From Octopus bimaculoides (lineage: Eukaryota): a stretch of 64,000 bases of DNA. Under the pieces are notes generated by a model. That model saw only the letters and a program-made list of their open reading frames with translations. It did not search any database and was not told where the DNA came from. Position numbers and translations under genes: made by a program. The number at the start of each line of letters is the position of its first letter. The first letter of the stretch is position 1. Shown one piece after another: positions 14,182 through 26,804 of the stretch. The DNA lies in contig NC_068988.1 of assembly GCF_001194135.2 (NCBI RefSeq), forward strand, positions 93,859,977 to 93,923,976, given 5' to 3'.

Positions 14182-14219
<38 letters not shown>

Positions 14220-16220
14220 AGAGAGAAAAATAAGAGGAAAACCACAAATATTACATATGAAACAAGAGAAGTCGAGTCACAACGTAATAACTGGTGACCA
14301 CAATAAGAATTTAACCGATTCTTCTTTGCTCTTAAGATAAAAGAGAAGAAAGACTATAACAGAGTTAGAAGATTGCATTACGAATAACAATGACAACAAG
14401 AGCAACAACAATAACAACAATAACAGCAATGGCATTCAATAAAAATACCAATAACAACCAAATTTCTCTCAAATCATGAATGAAAAGAAACAATTTGGCA
14501 TCTGTATTCTTTCCTAACAACAACAACAAAATAATGATGATGATGATGATAATGATAATGATGATGATGATGATGATATGCAAGAAGTTTAAATTGTCTG
14601 GGAATTTGTAGGTAAACCCAGGAATCTTCAGCACAGTGTCTAAGATATGAAAACATATTGATTGTCCTTTTGATTTCTTTGGTCTAATCCAAGATTGCTT
14701 AACAACTGCCAATACTGTTAGCGTCGGAAACTTTCTGTCCGTACAGAACCGCATACCCCTCACCACCCACCACCAATAGCTGGTTCACCTGGTCTGCCCT
14801 ACCTGAACAGATTTACTCATGTTAACATTATTGATTTGTGTTAAAAGTTCTGCTGCAACTGCTACAACTTGTGTTACCAACTTCGACTACTTCACAACGG
14901 TGTCTTTCTCTTAGAACATAACACTAGTCAAAAGGAGTATACAAATCTTGACATTTGGTTATATTAGTGGAATATGGAATACATTTATTGTCATGGAACT
15001 GTTACAATCAGTTCTGAACGAGCAGACCTATTGCCTGACCCATAACACTTAAAAGACAAACCTAAACAAGCAAGAACTGAAAAGGTTTCTGCTGAACTCA
15101 AGTGCCTAACAACGGTTCTATGATTTTTATTGGGGGACATCAAGTTCAGGGTTTGATATATTTATTCTCCAATTTAAAGAATGCAAACTGTTTCTTTTGA
15201 AGGTGATTTTAAAAGTTCAATGAGTAAATCAACTGATTACATTAAAGCTTATTAACAAACATATCTTATTGCTGGTCAGTTTTGATTAAGCTGACCTAAG
15301 GTCAAAAATGTTTAGGATTATATTATACAATGTATCCTTCTTTTAAGAAGGTGAGTATAATTTCAGGGAGGTTTAGCTGCTATTTCTGACAGGTCACATA
15401 AAGCCTAATATATTTAAGACTTATGGCATACAGATCTGATTGGAAACCGTGGAGCAAATCCCAACTGTAACATTCTAGATTAAACACCTCTTCAATAAAA
15501 TAATTTGTAATGTTTAGACCTGTTGCAACAACAGACTTCATATTGTATATTTCTTATAAGACTATTTACCTCAAGTGCCATCCATGTTTTACACAGATTT
15601 CTTGTTTGTAGCATGACAGGATTCCTGGTTAATTAATAGATCTGACTATTCCATACATAAACAAATTTATATATTAGAAAAGAAAAGGTAGACTGACCCT
15701 CACCTCTTCCTTACAGATATGCTGAGTTTTAGTTAGATTGTGTCTATTACAGGCTCCATGTTCCTTTGGCAGGTTGCATGTACAAGACTTTTCTAGGAAC
15801 CAGCTTTGCAGCTGGTCACATTGCAAGAGAAAAAGTCAAACATGTTGCATTCTCCTTACCATCACCACCAATACTAATAGTTCTTAATTTAGGCATAAAG
15901 CCAGCAACTTTGAGGGGAGGGGGAGATTAGTTGGTTAAATTGTTCATTTAAGACTGTATTAGAAATCATTATTATGGTAAATGTGGTTGAGTGCCAAATA
16001 ATTTGAACTAAATGTAAAAGGAATTCACTAAATTTGAATGGCATTTTCGCTGAAGTTCTACCAATTTGCCATTCACTGACAATATTTCTTACAATTTTTT
16101 TCTTCCTTTTTGAAAATCCTTGATTTAAAGATGAAATAAGAATTTTTGTCCAAGTTGCTCAGCTTATTAGTGTGGTGCCTTAGGTGATCACCTGATACAC
16201 CTTTAACCTAGCATCAGGCT

Positions 16221-16251
<31 letters not shown>

Positions 16252-17852
16252 GTGTGTGCATGTATGTATATATCGCCTGACTGGCTTCCCCCGTGCAGGT
16301 GGCACATAAAAAGCACCACCCGAACATGGCCGATACCACCTGACTGGCTCCCGTGCTGGTGACACGTAAAAAGTGCCCACTAGACTCTCGGAGTGGTTGG
16401 TGTTAGGAAGGGCATCCAGCTGTAGAAACACTGCCAAATCAGATTGGAGCTTGGTGTGGCCTCCTGGCTTGCCAGTCCCCAATCAAACCCATGCCAGCAT
16501 GGAAAATGGATGTTAAACAATGATGATGATGATGATGATGAATGAGGCTGATATTTGGTTTTGAGTATTTACACTTAAGTATCGTAGAAATGCCTCATTG
16601 ACCAAAAATTGTACTGTTCAAAATCCATATTTGTACATATGAAATTTTCTCAGGACTAGCAGCATATCACGACGGACAGAAAGATGGTTTGCCTTACAGC
16701 TGACAGAAAGATGACAGGTCAATCGCATCTTAGGATATGAAGTGTCAACAAACTGGTGCAGCAGACAAATAAAAGAGACATTTATTTTCAGTGATTTATT
16801 TCCCAAACTAACACTAGGGAAATATGTTTGTAAGCCATAAAACAGGTGTTTATCTTTTTATTTATTTTCTTTTTTTACATGAAACTCCGCTCAACTGTGA
16901 AAAGAAAAAGGAAAGCTTTTTTGTGGTTTGTAAACTGTAGTGGTTAAAGTACTTGCCTGCTAATTCATGGAATGTGAAGTCACATCATCATCATCATCAT
17001 CATCATTGTTGTTTAACGTCCGCTTTCCATGCTGGCATAGGTTGGACAGTTTGACTGAGGACTGGTGAGCCAGAAGGCTGCACCAGGCTCTAATCTGATC
17101 TGGCAATGTTTCTACGGCTGGATGCCCTTCCTAACACCAACCACTCCGAGAGTGTAGTGGGTGCTTTTATGTGCCACCGGCACGAGGGCCAGTCAGGCAG
17201 TTCTAGCAACGACTACGCTCAAAGGTGTTTTTACGTGCTACCTGCATGGGAGCCAGTCCAGTAGCAGGTTTATCATCGTCGTTTAACATCCATTTTCCAT
17301 GCTGGCATGGGTTGGACAGTTTGACCAGAGCTGGCAAGGCCAGGGGCCACACCACGTTCCATTGTCTGCTTTGGAATGGTTTCTACAGCTGGATGCTCTT
17401 CCTGAATGCCAACCACTTTCCAGAGTGAGAGAGAGAGAGCTTTGTTTGCCAACAGAGGTAAAAGCTCTCTGAACTTTCTCCCTCCTCTTGTTATAAACAT
17501 TGATATCAACCAAGGAAGGAAGACAGGCACAGAGAACTTCAGCGGAAACTGAACCCAAGAAGATAACAATACAGAACTAAATATCATACACCTTTCTGAC
17601 CATTCCACTACTCTATTGTCTTGATTAGTAATTGGTGCTATGCTGGAAATATTAAAGCAGAAAGTCTTAGTTGATATGCAAACAACAGGAGATCCCTGAT
17701 AATGGTTTTGTCCCTGAAGTTGAGAAGCACAAAGTAGACGCCAACAGGATTTGAAATCATGACCATTGTTATTTAACATCCATTTTCTATGCTGGCACAG
17801 GTTGGATGGTAATCTGAACAAATAGAGATCTGATGATATAAATGCCACATAC

Positions 17853-17983
17853 CTCAACTGTTTGCTCGTCTAAAGTAGCACCAATGTCCATCTGCTGCAA
17901 CTGGTCAGTCTTTATTCTGTTGTGTCTTCGATTAACAAGTAATGGGTGCGTATGGAAATGTTCAGCAGCATCAAACTTTTTCA
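17853..17983 (-). CDS. UTP11: UTP11 coding exon 6 (V-KKFDAAEHFHTHPLLVNRRHNRIKTDQLQQMDIGATLDEQTVE)
   Basis: ttcacag|TG...GAG|gtatgt; 131 nt; phase matches exon 5; resembles human 'FD.ATHL.T.PELV.R.FNRP+IETL'. Ends at a donor, so the gene continues. Confidence 0.94.
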
Positions 17984-18158
17984 CTGTGAAGAAATGCAGA
18001 CAAAACTTTATAAAAACGAATATTCAGAAATAAAATTATCACTTTACAAGAAAAAAAAAAAATCATATAGACTTCCATATAGTATCCATCTATTAATCCA
18101 TTCACAAGGATGTCATTGACCCAAAAGTACAAACAGCCTGGGTGCTGGAGTCACCACT

Positions 18159-18201
<43 letters not shown>

Positions 18202-18430
18202 TTGGGGATGGTCATATTGTCAGTTTAGTCAATATGATGAGGTCACAGAAGTGTGACGAAAGAACTCTGGCCGAAATAGGATTAATGTAATGTAATGTAA
18301 TATAAAGCTGAAGCAAATTAACACCAAATATACAGTGCGTGTGTTTTTATTGGCTAAACTGGCAATATGACCATCCCCAAGTACAACAACATCTGTTTCA
18401 ACACACGATTTCACATCACAAATCTTGCAA

Positions 18431-18473
<43 letters not shown>

Positions 18474-20169
18474 ATATATATCATCATCATTTAATGTCCG
18501 TTTTCTATACTGGCATGATGTAGGGCTAGGATACAGAACAGTTGACAAGTATTTTGTTGGTTCGTTGTGCTGGGTACAAATCCCAGAAAAAAAGCAAAAC
18601 CTATGCACCAAAGAAGAAACAATTGAAAGAAAGACCACAATAGCAACCACTGCAGAAATATTAATGGTTGTATCAGTTGTAGCTACAACAAGAAATGCAG
18701 TAGTGATAATGGTTTCAAATTTTGGCACAAGGCCAGCAATTTTGGGAAAGGGAGTGGGTAAGTGGATTACACTGACCCCAGTACTCCTTAACTGGCACTT
18801 ATTTTATCGACCCTGAAAATATGAAAGGCAAAGTTGACCTCAGTGAATTTGAACTCAGAATGTAAAGAGAGATGAAATGTTGCCAAGCATTTTGTCTGAC
18901 GCGCTAATGAGTCTGCCAGCTCACTGCCTTAGATGTAGCAGTAGTAATAACAGGAGGAGCAGCAATAGCTGCGCATTTATCTGTCAATATATATATGAGT
19001 GTGTGTGTGTGTGTGTGTGTGTGCATGTGAAAAAGCATCCTATAACAACCATTTTTCCATGAACCAGAAAATAATATTCTTATCATGAGGATAAGACTTC
19101 CAATTAAAATAAATCTTATGCTTGACATCTGGTTTCTTCACAGAACAAGAAATAAAGATTTTTAAGAGATGACGACTGTTGGAAACAGAGAAGAAGAAAC
19201 CGAAGAGGGGAGAAGTTTGGAAGGAGAAAGGAATAATAGGAAGAAAAACAACAACAACAACAACGAGATGAATAAGAAGAAAAGGAGGAGGAGGAGTTTC
19301 AAGTTTTTCTTGCAATCGAATGATTAAGAGAAACTGTGCTAAACAAGCTGTGCTTAAGTTAAATGAAGATGGTGGCGAGGAGACGTCTGAGAGTTAAACA
19401 TACTTTGCAAATTGAGATCAAGAAACAGATGTATTTCAAATTGACAGTCAGCAGCTTAAGTTGCTCCCAAAGAAAATCTCCCAAGCTTGCCTTAATGCTT
19501 CTACTTTCTGCTATGGTTGCACATGTCGCACACAGCTGCCATTTGATATCAATGTCAACGGTATTGATTTATTTCCACTAGGCACAAAGTGAATGTTTCC
19601 AAGAGAGAAGTGAAGGGGGAACACCGACTGGAATCAACTCCTGTATATTACTAGTGCTACTAAACATGGAAGCACAATGACTGTATGGTTGAGATACTGG
19701 ACTACAGATTGTCCCCTCTATTGCTCAGGAGTTTAAAACATTACAAAAGCCACCACTTTGCAATTTAATGCTTGCTTTAGTTTGACTAAAAGAACAATTG
19801 AAATTTGTAAAAAAAGGCTTCAATTCCTTTCTCACAGGTAGTTAACGAGCACTTACTTAATACCCTGTACACTGCAAGCCTGAAAGTGCAGGTTGTGGTA
19901 GACCAGTTGAAGTCATCATTGATGAGAAAGTATGATTTTGTGTCAATTAGGACTATGAAGGACAAAAGAAAAGGTGTGTCCTCTGGCAAGGAATTATTTA
20001 AAAGGCTCTGAGTTGAACATGATTGGGGATGACTGGGAGCGCTTCTGGTCAAAAGGTCACATAAATTTTTGCCTTTCTTTTTAAAGACTCTTACACTTCT
20101 CATTTCTTCAAAGAGAACCAGACCAAAATGTTAAAATTCAATTCTCTCCACACCATACAATCTTATTCT

Positions 20170-20398
20170 TATTTCTTTATTGCCCACAAGGGGCTAAACA
20201 TAGAGGGGACAAACAAGGACAGACAAAGGAGTTAAGTCGATTACATCGACCCCAGTGTTTAACTGGTACTTAATTTATCGACCCTGAAAGGAATGAAAGG
20301 CAAAGTCGACTTCGGTGGAATTTGAACTCAGAATGTAGCGACAGATGAAATATCGCTAAATATTTCGCTGGGTGTGCTAACGATTCTGCCAGCTCGCC
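20170..20398 (-). mobile_element. SINE family B with a perfect 19-bp target-site duplication
   Basis: CACCATACAATCTTATTCT at 20151-20169 and 20399-20417 flanks the reverse-oriented SINE. Confidence 0.9.
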
Positions 20399-21905
20399 CA
20401 CCATACAATCTTATTCTATGAATCTTATTTTGGCTAGATTTGAGATGAATTTCTATAAGAAGCTCTATAATCTTCCGAATTAAGAAACTTGAGCTCACTG
20501 CATCATCAATAACAATACTGCTTTTAATGAAGATCTGCAGAAAGTCACAGATGTTATGCAGTCTCATGTGATCTGACCCATTCTTCAAAGATGTTATGTC
20601 TCTGTAAGAAATCAATAAAATTTAAATTGAGAATCTTTACATGTCTGCGAAAGCTATATTTCTACGTATGCTTAAACATGAGGCTGCAGTGGCAATGGGG
20701 TTAAGGTAAAAAAAACTTCTGACTTAAGAGAGAGACCTTACCATAGCTACAATGTCACGCCTCTGGGAAAAAACCACACAATTCTAATTCTCTTTGCCTT
20801 ATGTTGCTGAACTGATAAATTGGGTTTCAATCTTGCTTAACAGTTGACTGGTTAATGTCTGTAAGGACGTCCAACTGTGAAAATTAATGCTCCAACAACC
20901 TCCCCCACTCAATTTAGTTTAGCATAATTATATGGACAGGGTTAAAAAAACGGAATTCTCATATCTTCATGAAAGCTTGCAGACTACCAGTATTCCTCTT
21001 AGGTTTTCATAGAATTGAGCAAATAAGAAACAGATCTGCCAAAGGAGAGCTTGTAACTTTTTGGAAATGACCTACAGCAAATTTTGGTTAGCTGGGTTGT
21101 TGAAATAAGTGTATTGGCCACAGAGATATCCATGCCATTGACCGGATTTGAACCCTTTATCCATTTCATACCTGACTGATTTAGCTATCTCAATTATCAC
21201 TCAGCTACTTTGCAAAAATTCATCTAAAAAAATAGAGAAATGTAATCAACTACGAAGAAACGTAATTATCTCTAGCAATGCAATTATCTTTACAGAAAAA
21301 CACCTCATTGCAGATATACAGAAATGTAATTATACAGACATATTTCAACAATAAATATATTATCATTATTGATGTTGTTGCTGTTGTTGTTATGCTGTCT
21401 CAACGGGAGATGCAGAGGATTGTAGTTTCTGCCCTTCATATTGCTTTCAGTCTCTAACACCAAGTGTCGCAACCCGAATCAGTAACAGCTCAACCAGACT
21501 GTAACATTCTCTCTCTAACTTCTTTGATGTTTTCTTGAATGGGTAAAGGGGCCTCTCTGTACTTTGCAATTTTAAAGGCTGCCGCGAGGAGGAAGTATCT
21601 TCAAGTTAGTATGAGAGGAGGAAACTTGATGGCAGGTTTTAATGAAGCCATACAATTCTTGAGTGAAATGAACAGACGAAGTATAGCAAACGTGTTCTCT
21701 GGGGGGTGGGGGTGGGGGGTGGAGAGTGCGTGTAATGGCAACGGTGGTGGAAATAGTGCAAACTAACCAATACCTTAAAAAAAAAAAAAAACCCAACAAA
21801 AAAGCTAATGAAAATATTGATGATATTGATCAAACTATTAAAAAGGCAGGATTTTTTTCTCTAATTATTAAATATCTAATTGTAGAAAATCAGAGAGCAT
21901 CTCAC

Positions 21906-21999
21906 CATCAGCTTCTGTGTCAACGAAGATTGTGTGATTGTTCTTAATTTCATCGGCTGTGTCTAAAAGATGGAGCTCAGCAGTCAACCGTTTGATTTT
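21906..21999 (-). CDS. UTP11: UTP11 coding exon 5 (KIKRLTAELHLLDTADEIKNNHTIFVDTEAD+G)
   Basis: tttccag|AAAATC...GATG|gtgag; 94 nt; resembles human 'KIERLKSELHLLD...NKHVFF.D'. Confidence 0.95.
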
Positions 22000-22615
22000 C
22001 TGGAAATTAAAAAGAAAAAAAAAATTGAAAAAAAAAGAAAAGAAAAGAAAAAGCGAAAAACGAACATGAAAGCGAATTAGAGGGATGCAGCTAATGTGTA
22101 GCCAAAGGAAGTATTGAATAGAATTCAATAATTCCAAATGATGTACTAATGGCAACAATTATCAATTACAAAGCAAAATATTGATTTTGTTTGGCCTGGC
22201 ACAAGGTCGATTTTTGTAAAGGAAAAGGCATAGTTGATTTAATTAACTACCAGTTTATTACTGGTGGTTAATTTATCAATTCCGAAGAGATGAAAGGCAA
22301 AGTGGATTCAAGCAAGAATAGAACTCGGAACAGAAAGAGATGAAACTAACTACCATAATAGATTTATTATCACGCTCTAGCATTGTTGCCAATTTGCTGG
22401 CCTTTACAACGTTAAAATAGTGACATTTTTTATGGTGTAAAGGGTAAACTTCTACAAAGAAGGGACAGCTGATTTTTTATCAACCTGTAATATATTAGCT
22501 TATTCTATTAATTCATGGAAAACTGAAAAGGAGAGTTTAACACTGAGTTGCCAGGTTAGATTCTGTAAAGTCTCCAGTCAAACAACCAGGTCTTGTTCTG
22601 ATCATTTTCTCTTAA

Positions 22616-22834
22616 CCCTTTGGCATTCAGATTACTCTGTCAAATATAATGCTTATCCATTCCCATTGTTTTGAATTTATCTTGCATTACCTCATAGCTT
22701 TGAGATTTCAATGTTGTGACTGTTTATTTTTAGAATGACATTGTAAGGTGTGTGAGAGACTTGAACCTAGTCAGTTTGAGCATAAAACGAGTAGAATAAC
22801 CAGGCCAGATATGGTGGGTTTAACTGATAAGGGG
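22616..22834. mobile_element. piggyBac-type MITE 1
   Basis: TTAA|CCCTTTGGCA...GATAAGGGG|TTAA (TTAA at 22612-22615 and 22835-22838). Confidence 0.7.
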
Positions 22835-22838
22835 TTAA

Positions 22839-23057
22839 CCCTTTCGTTACTGTATTTCTGTTGAGATGCTCTGTATTTCTTGCAATTCTTTAAATACAAC
22901 AAAGAATTTAGTAAAATAACTTAGTTATCATTCAGCTGGTGTTAGGAACATAAATTGTGACTAAGATTTGGTGGAAGGTTTTAATTCAAAACTTATGAAA
23001 ACAAGTCATTTGTACTCAGAACCAGAACTGGTTTCAGCCGGGTTGGTAACAAAAGGG
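22839..23057. mobile_element. piggyBac-type MITE 2, abutting MITE 1
   Basis: TTAA|CCCTTTCGTTAC...GTAACAAAAGGG|TTAA. Confidence 0.8.
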
Positions 23058-24636
23058 TTAACATACCAGAAACGAGAAGTGAGAGTAGACCCATGTCTAA
23101 TCATTTGCGAAGGATTGATCTTGACTCTAAGTCACCATTCACAACCCAAAGGATTATATTAAATGCTTTTCTTGTAGTTTGCCTCCAGTTGAAGTGGCAT
23201 GAAGATTTGAAGAGATGCCTCATCATGTTTGTGTCTTATGGGAAACTCATTTTCTCAATGCTTCCATGCTACATGGAAGTCAAAGAGAAAATATGTTTCA
23301 CGTTACAGAATCTCAGCTTAACAGGAAATTTTTATGACTGCAATGTTTGTGCAATAAGAGGAAGACCTACACAAACATACACAAATATACATATATATTG
23401 TATTGTGTGACATAAAAATTTAGAAATGAACAAATATAGACATTAAATACACATTTCATTTACATTTGTCTTTGAAGGTAAACAAAACTATTCAGTTCGA
23501 AAACCCCTCTTCATCAATTACAAGTTATTGATCAAATATTCTTCCGAGTTCCACCGTGATGACAGTATAGCTTTATGGATTTTCTAAAACTTTTCACCTC
23601 CAAGAGAAGACTGCTGCGATTAGCATCTCTCTCTCTCTTTCTCACTTCTCTAATGATGAGTCATTTTTAATGACAAAAGCATAATTGGTATGGGGCGTAT
23701 TAAAAGTTCATATTGATTTTTAATATATAAATGTCTAGATATATATTTTTGTGCCACTAGATTACACTAATTATGGTCTTGTCTTGTGCACTGAGCTCTC
23801 TCTTAACTAATGTATGGAGATATGCACTACGGTATAATTTTTGTGTGATGTTAAGTTTTAGCTCTCAAATGAATTTCACATGATAAGGCACCTTGCCATG
23901 TGTGACAATAAACAAAATTGTTTCGTTCGACACTTGATCACTTACACATTATCAACTGAGCATTCTCAATTCTATGGTGATGACCAAGGAGTGATGTGCA
24001 ATTTCTCAAAGTTTCCACACGAGGACTGCTGAGGCTGGTTGTTATCCTTCCACTTGTAGCTTCCTCTGTGAGTACTGATGCCACATAAAAATGCACCCAA
24101 CACACTCTGTAAAGTGATTAGTATTATGAAGGGCATCCCCACCATAAAAACTACGACTGGAACCCGATGCAGCCCTCCAGCTTGCTAGTTCTAGCTAAAC
24201 CATCCAAATATGTCAGCATGGAAAGCGGATGTTAAACGACGACGATGACGATGATGATACATAGATATAATAATAATATAAATTCATGATTGAATTAAAT
24301 CAAATTAATTAAATATCAACATACTCTTCAGTGCAGGAAGGAAACAAACCATAATACGAGGAACTTAAGAAAGAAATATAGCAGAAAAATTGGATCTGGG
24401 AGATTCATATTGGTATCTGTGTGAGAAAGAGATGGGAGTCATGTTGGATATCAATATATATATATATATATATTTATTGAAGAATAATAAAGTTGTGCTC
24501 TACCAAATGCTTTAAGTAATCCTTCAGTTTAATGTGAAAATTGTTTACATTACAACATGAAAACGAACATTAACACACACACACACATGCATATATCTAT
24601 CAGCATTATCACGACCAAGCAGTGATTGGGCATAAG

Positions 24637-24833
24637 TGAAGTTTAGGTTAGTTAAAATATGTTTGTGACATGTTTCAACTTCTAAAGGCAAATTCACTGC
24701 AGTTACCGTAGAGAAAAAAATTCTACACCTTTTACCATAAAAGAGAATTTTTTTATCTCCATGGTTACTGCAGTGAATTTGCCATTAGAAGTTGAAATAT
24801 GTCACAAACATATTTTAACTAACCTAAACTTCA
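24637..24833. repeat. 197-bp foldback palindrome
   Basis: TGAAGTTTAGGTTAGTTAAAATATGTTTGTGACAT...CACTGCAG...AAAATTCT pairs with its reverse complement across a loop of about 19 nt. Confidence 0.92.
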
Positions 24834-25764
24834 AATTCATACACAGACACATACATACATATCATCATCATCATCACCATTGTTTAACTTCTGCTTTCCA
24901 TGCAGGCATGGGTTGGAAGGTTTGACTGAGGACTGGCAAGGTTTCTACAGGTGGATGCCCTTCTTAAAGCCAACCACCCCGAGAGTGTAGTGGGTGCTTT
25001 TTATGTGTCATTGGCACACGAGCCAATCAATCATGTTCGGATAGTGTTTTTTATGTGCCACCAGCACAGGAACCAATCAATCACATTTGGATAGTGTTTT
25101 TTACGTGCCACCGTCACAGGAGCCAGTCAGGGGGTACTGGCATCAACCATTTCAGATGGTGCATTTTACGTGCTACTGGCATGGGAGCCAGTCAGACACC
25201 TCTACCGCCCTCATCTTTCTAATTATAGCTCTTCTTTGATACCACTTCCTTTTCTTATTAGCCAGAACCATTTCATTTGTTATCTTTCCCTCTTCATCCA
25301 TAAACACTCTTCCCTCCACCCACTCTCATATTGTCACCAATTGAGTCACTTAACTATCTCTTCTCTGCCATTGCCATACATCTCTCACTCTCTTCATGCA
25401 CTACGTGTACCTCTCTCTCTCTCCCCAGTACCCCTGCAACATACTCAACCACATCCCCTCTCCCTTTCATCCTTCTCCTGTCTACTTTACCATAATTACT
25501 ATTCTGTTGCATTCTTCCACTTTGCTCTGCACTGTGTCATTTCCTCCTCCCACTATTTCCTGAACACAGGCATCACTAGTTTTCTTCCACCCACATCCAT
25601 CCTTTAATGCTACCCATTCTTTAGACTTACTACCTACTCCTTTCTCTTCACTCATTCCCCAGAAACTTTTGTAACCGTCACCCACCCACAGTCTTGGGTC
25701 CTGTCCCATTTACTTCTATCAACTTCCTAAATTGAGGGTCCAACCAGATCTTTGTGGTTTTCGT

Positions 25765-26315
25765 CACTGTTTACAATTTTGTTCCAATTATTTTCAAATT
25801 TGGATTAAGTTTTGTATATTAATTATGAAAATGAAATTCATTTTTCCTATAAATCCAGAATTAAAAAGTTATTAGCCTTTAAAATTTGCAAAGTTTGGAT
25901 ATTTTAGCCAATCAGAAGCAAGTATTTTACATATCACCGTGGCGAAAATTTCGATTTCCATAGTAACCAAAGCAAAGAAGCACCACATGTTGCATAGCTG
26001 ATTACGAAGAACTGTTTCCATAGTAACCAAAGATGCTGCACATGCGCAGAAGGAGGAGGAGATACAAGAAAGATAATTTATTTTATAAAATCCTAGTTTA
26101 ATGTTTTGACATACCGATGCCCCACCCGCCCTGATGATGGAAGAGGCAGCAAACATGCTGTTTTCTGATTGGCTGAAAATTCTGAAAATTATCAAACTGT
26201 AACATTTTTGCAAAATTTTTCTAGAATAAATGAATAACAAATTTGGATTCAGCGTCAAGACTTACATCTATATAATACATTAACATTTTTTTTTTACAAA
26301 TAATTGTAAACAGTG
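25765..26315. mobile_element. Non-autonomous DNA transposon with CACTGTTTACAATT termini
   Basis: TIRs CACTGTTTACAATT / AATTGTAAACAGTG; internal inverted AGCCAATCAGAA motifs; CAC ends suggest Chapaev/CMC type; TSD not clear. Confidence 0.65.
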
Positions 26316-26496
26316 ATGGAAGCCACAAAGATCCATCCAACCAGAGACCCAATCACCACCATTTTATTTCTTTCCATCTCCATCTGAGCCCTTGCATCTT
26401 CTCTTCTAAAATTTGAGTAGTCATGTAGCTCCTCTGAAACAACAAACATGTTTTCCTCTGGTACCGTCTCTCATATATTCACCAGTGATATCTTGG

Positions 26497-26739
26497 TTTA
26501 CATTGTTTACATTTGACAGATATTTGTCCTCATCTTGTCTGTTGTTAGCACAACGTTTCGGCTGATATACCCTCCAGCCTTCATCAGGTGTCTTGGGGAA
26601 ATTTCGAACCCAGGTTCTCATTCCTAAGGTATTCTTCCAATGTTATTATTATTATTATTATTATTCAGGTCACTGCCTGGAATCGAACTCGGAACCTTGG
26701 CGTTAGTAGCTGGCACACTTAACCACTACACCATATGCC
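26497..26739 (-). mobile_element. tRNA-headed SINE with (AAT)n linker and a hammerhead-ribozyme-containing tail
   Basis: Minus strand: GGCATATGGTGTAGTGGTTAAG (A box)...GAGTTCGATTCCAGG (B box), then (AAT)n, then AGACAC-CTGATGA-A-GGCTG...CAGCC-GAAA-CGTT-GTGCT. Confidence 0.8.
26547..26593 (-). ncRNA. Minimal type I hammerhead ribozyme motif (Penelope pLTR-like)
   Basis: Core CUGAUGA (26587-26581); stem II GGCUG/CAGCC; GAAA; palindromic ACGU stem III; GUU cleavage triplet; stem I GACAC/GUGCU with one mismatch. Confidence 0.7.
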
Positions 26740-26757
26740 TGGTTCGAAATTTCCCCA

Positions 26758-26804
26758 GGGCACCTGATGAAGGCTGGAGAGCATATCAGCTGAAACGTTG
26801 CGTT
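26758..26804 (+). ncRNA. Second, inverted hammerhead ribozyme motif copy
   Basis: GGGCAC-CTGATGA(26764-26770)-A-GGCTG-gagagcatat-CAGCT-GAAA-CGTT-GCGTT; stem II keeps pairing through a G-U wobble; stem I has one mismatch. Confidence 0.6.

Noticed and set aside
14590-15200. Unique-looking stretch with semi-open frames and Cys clusters
   Set aside because: Every frame examined has several stops and no recognisable family motif; it is not the missing UTP11 exon.
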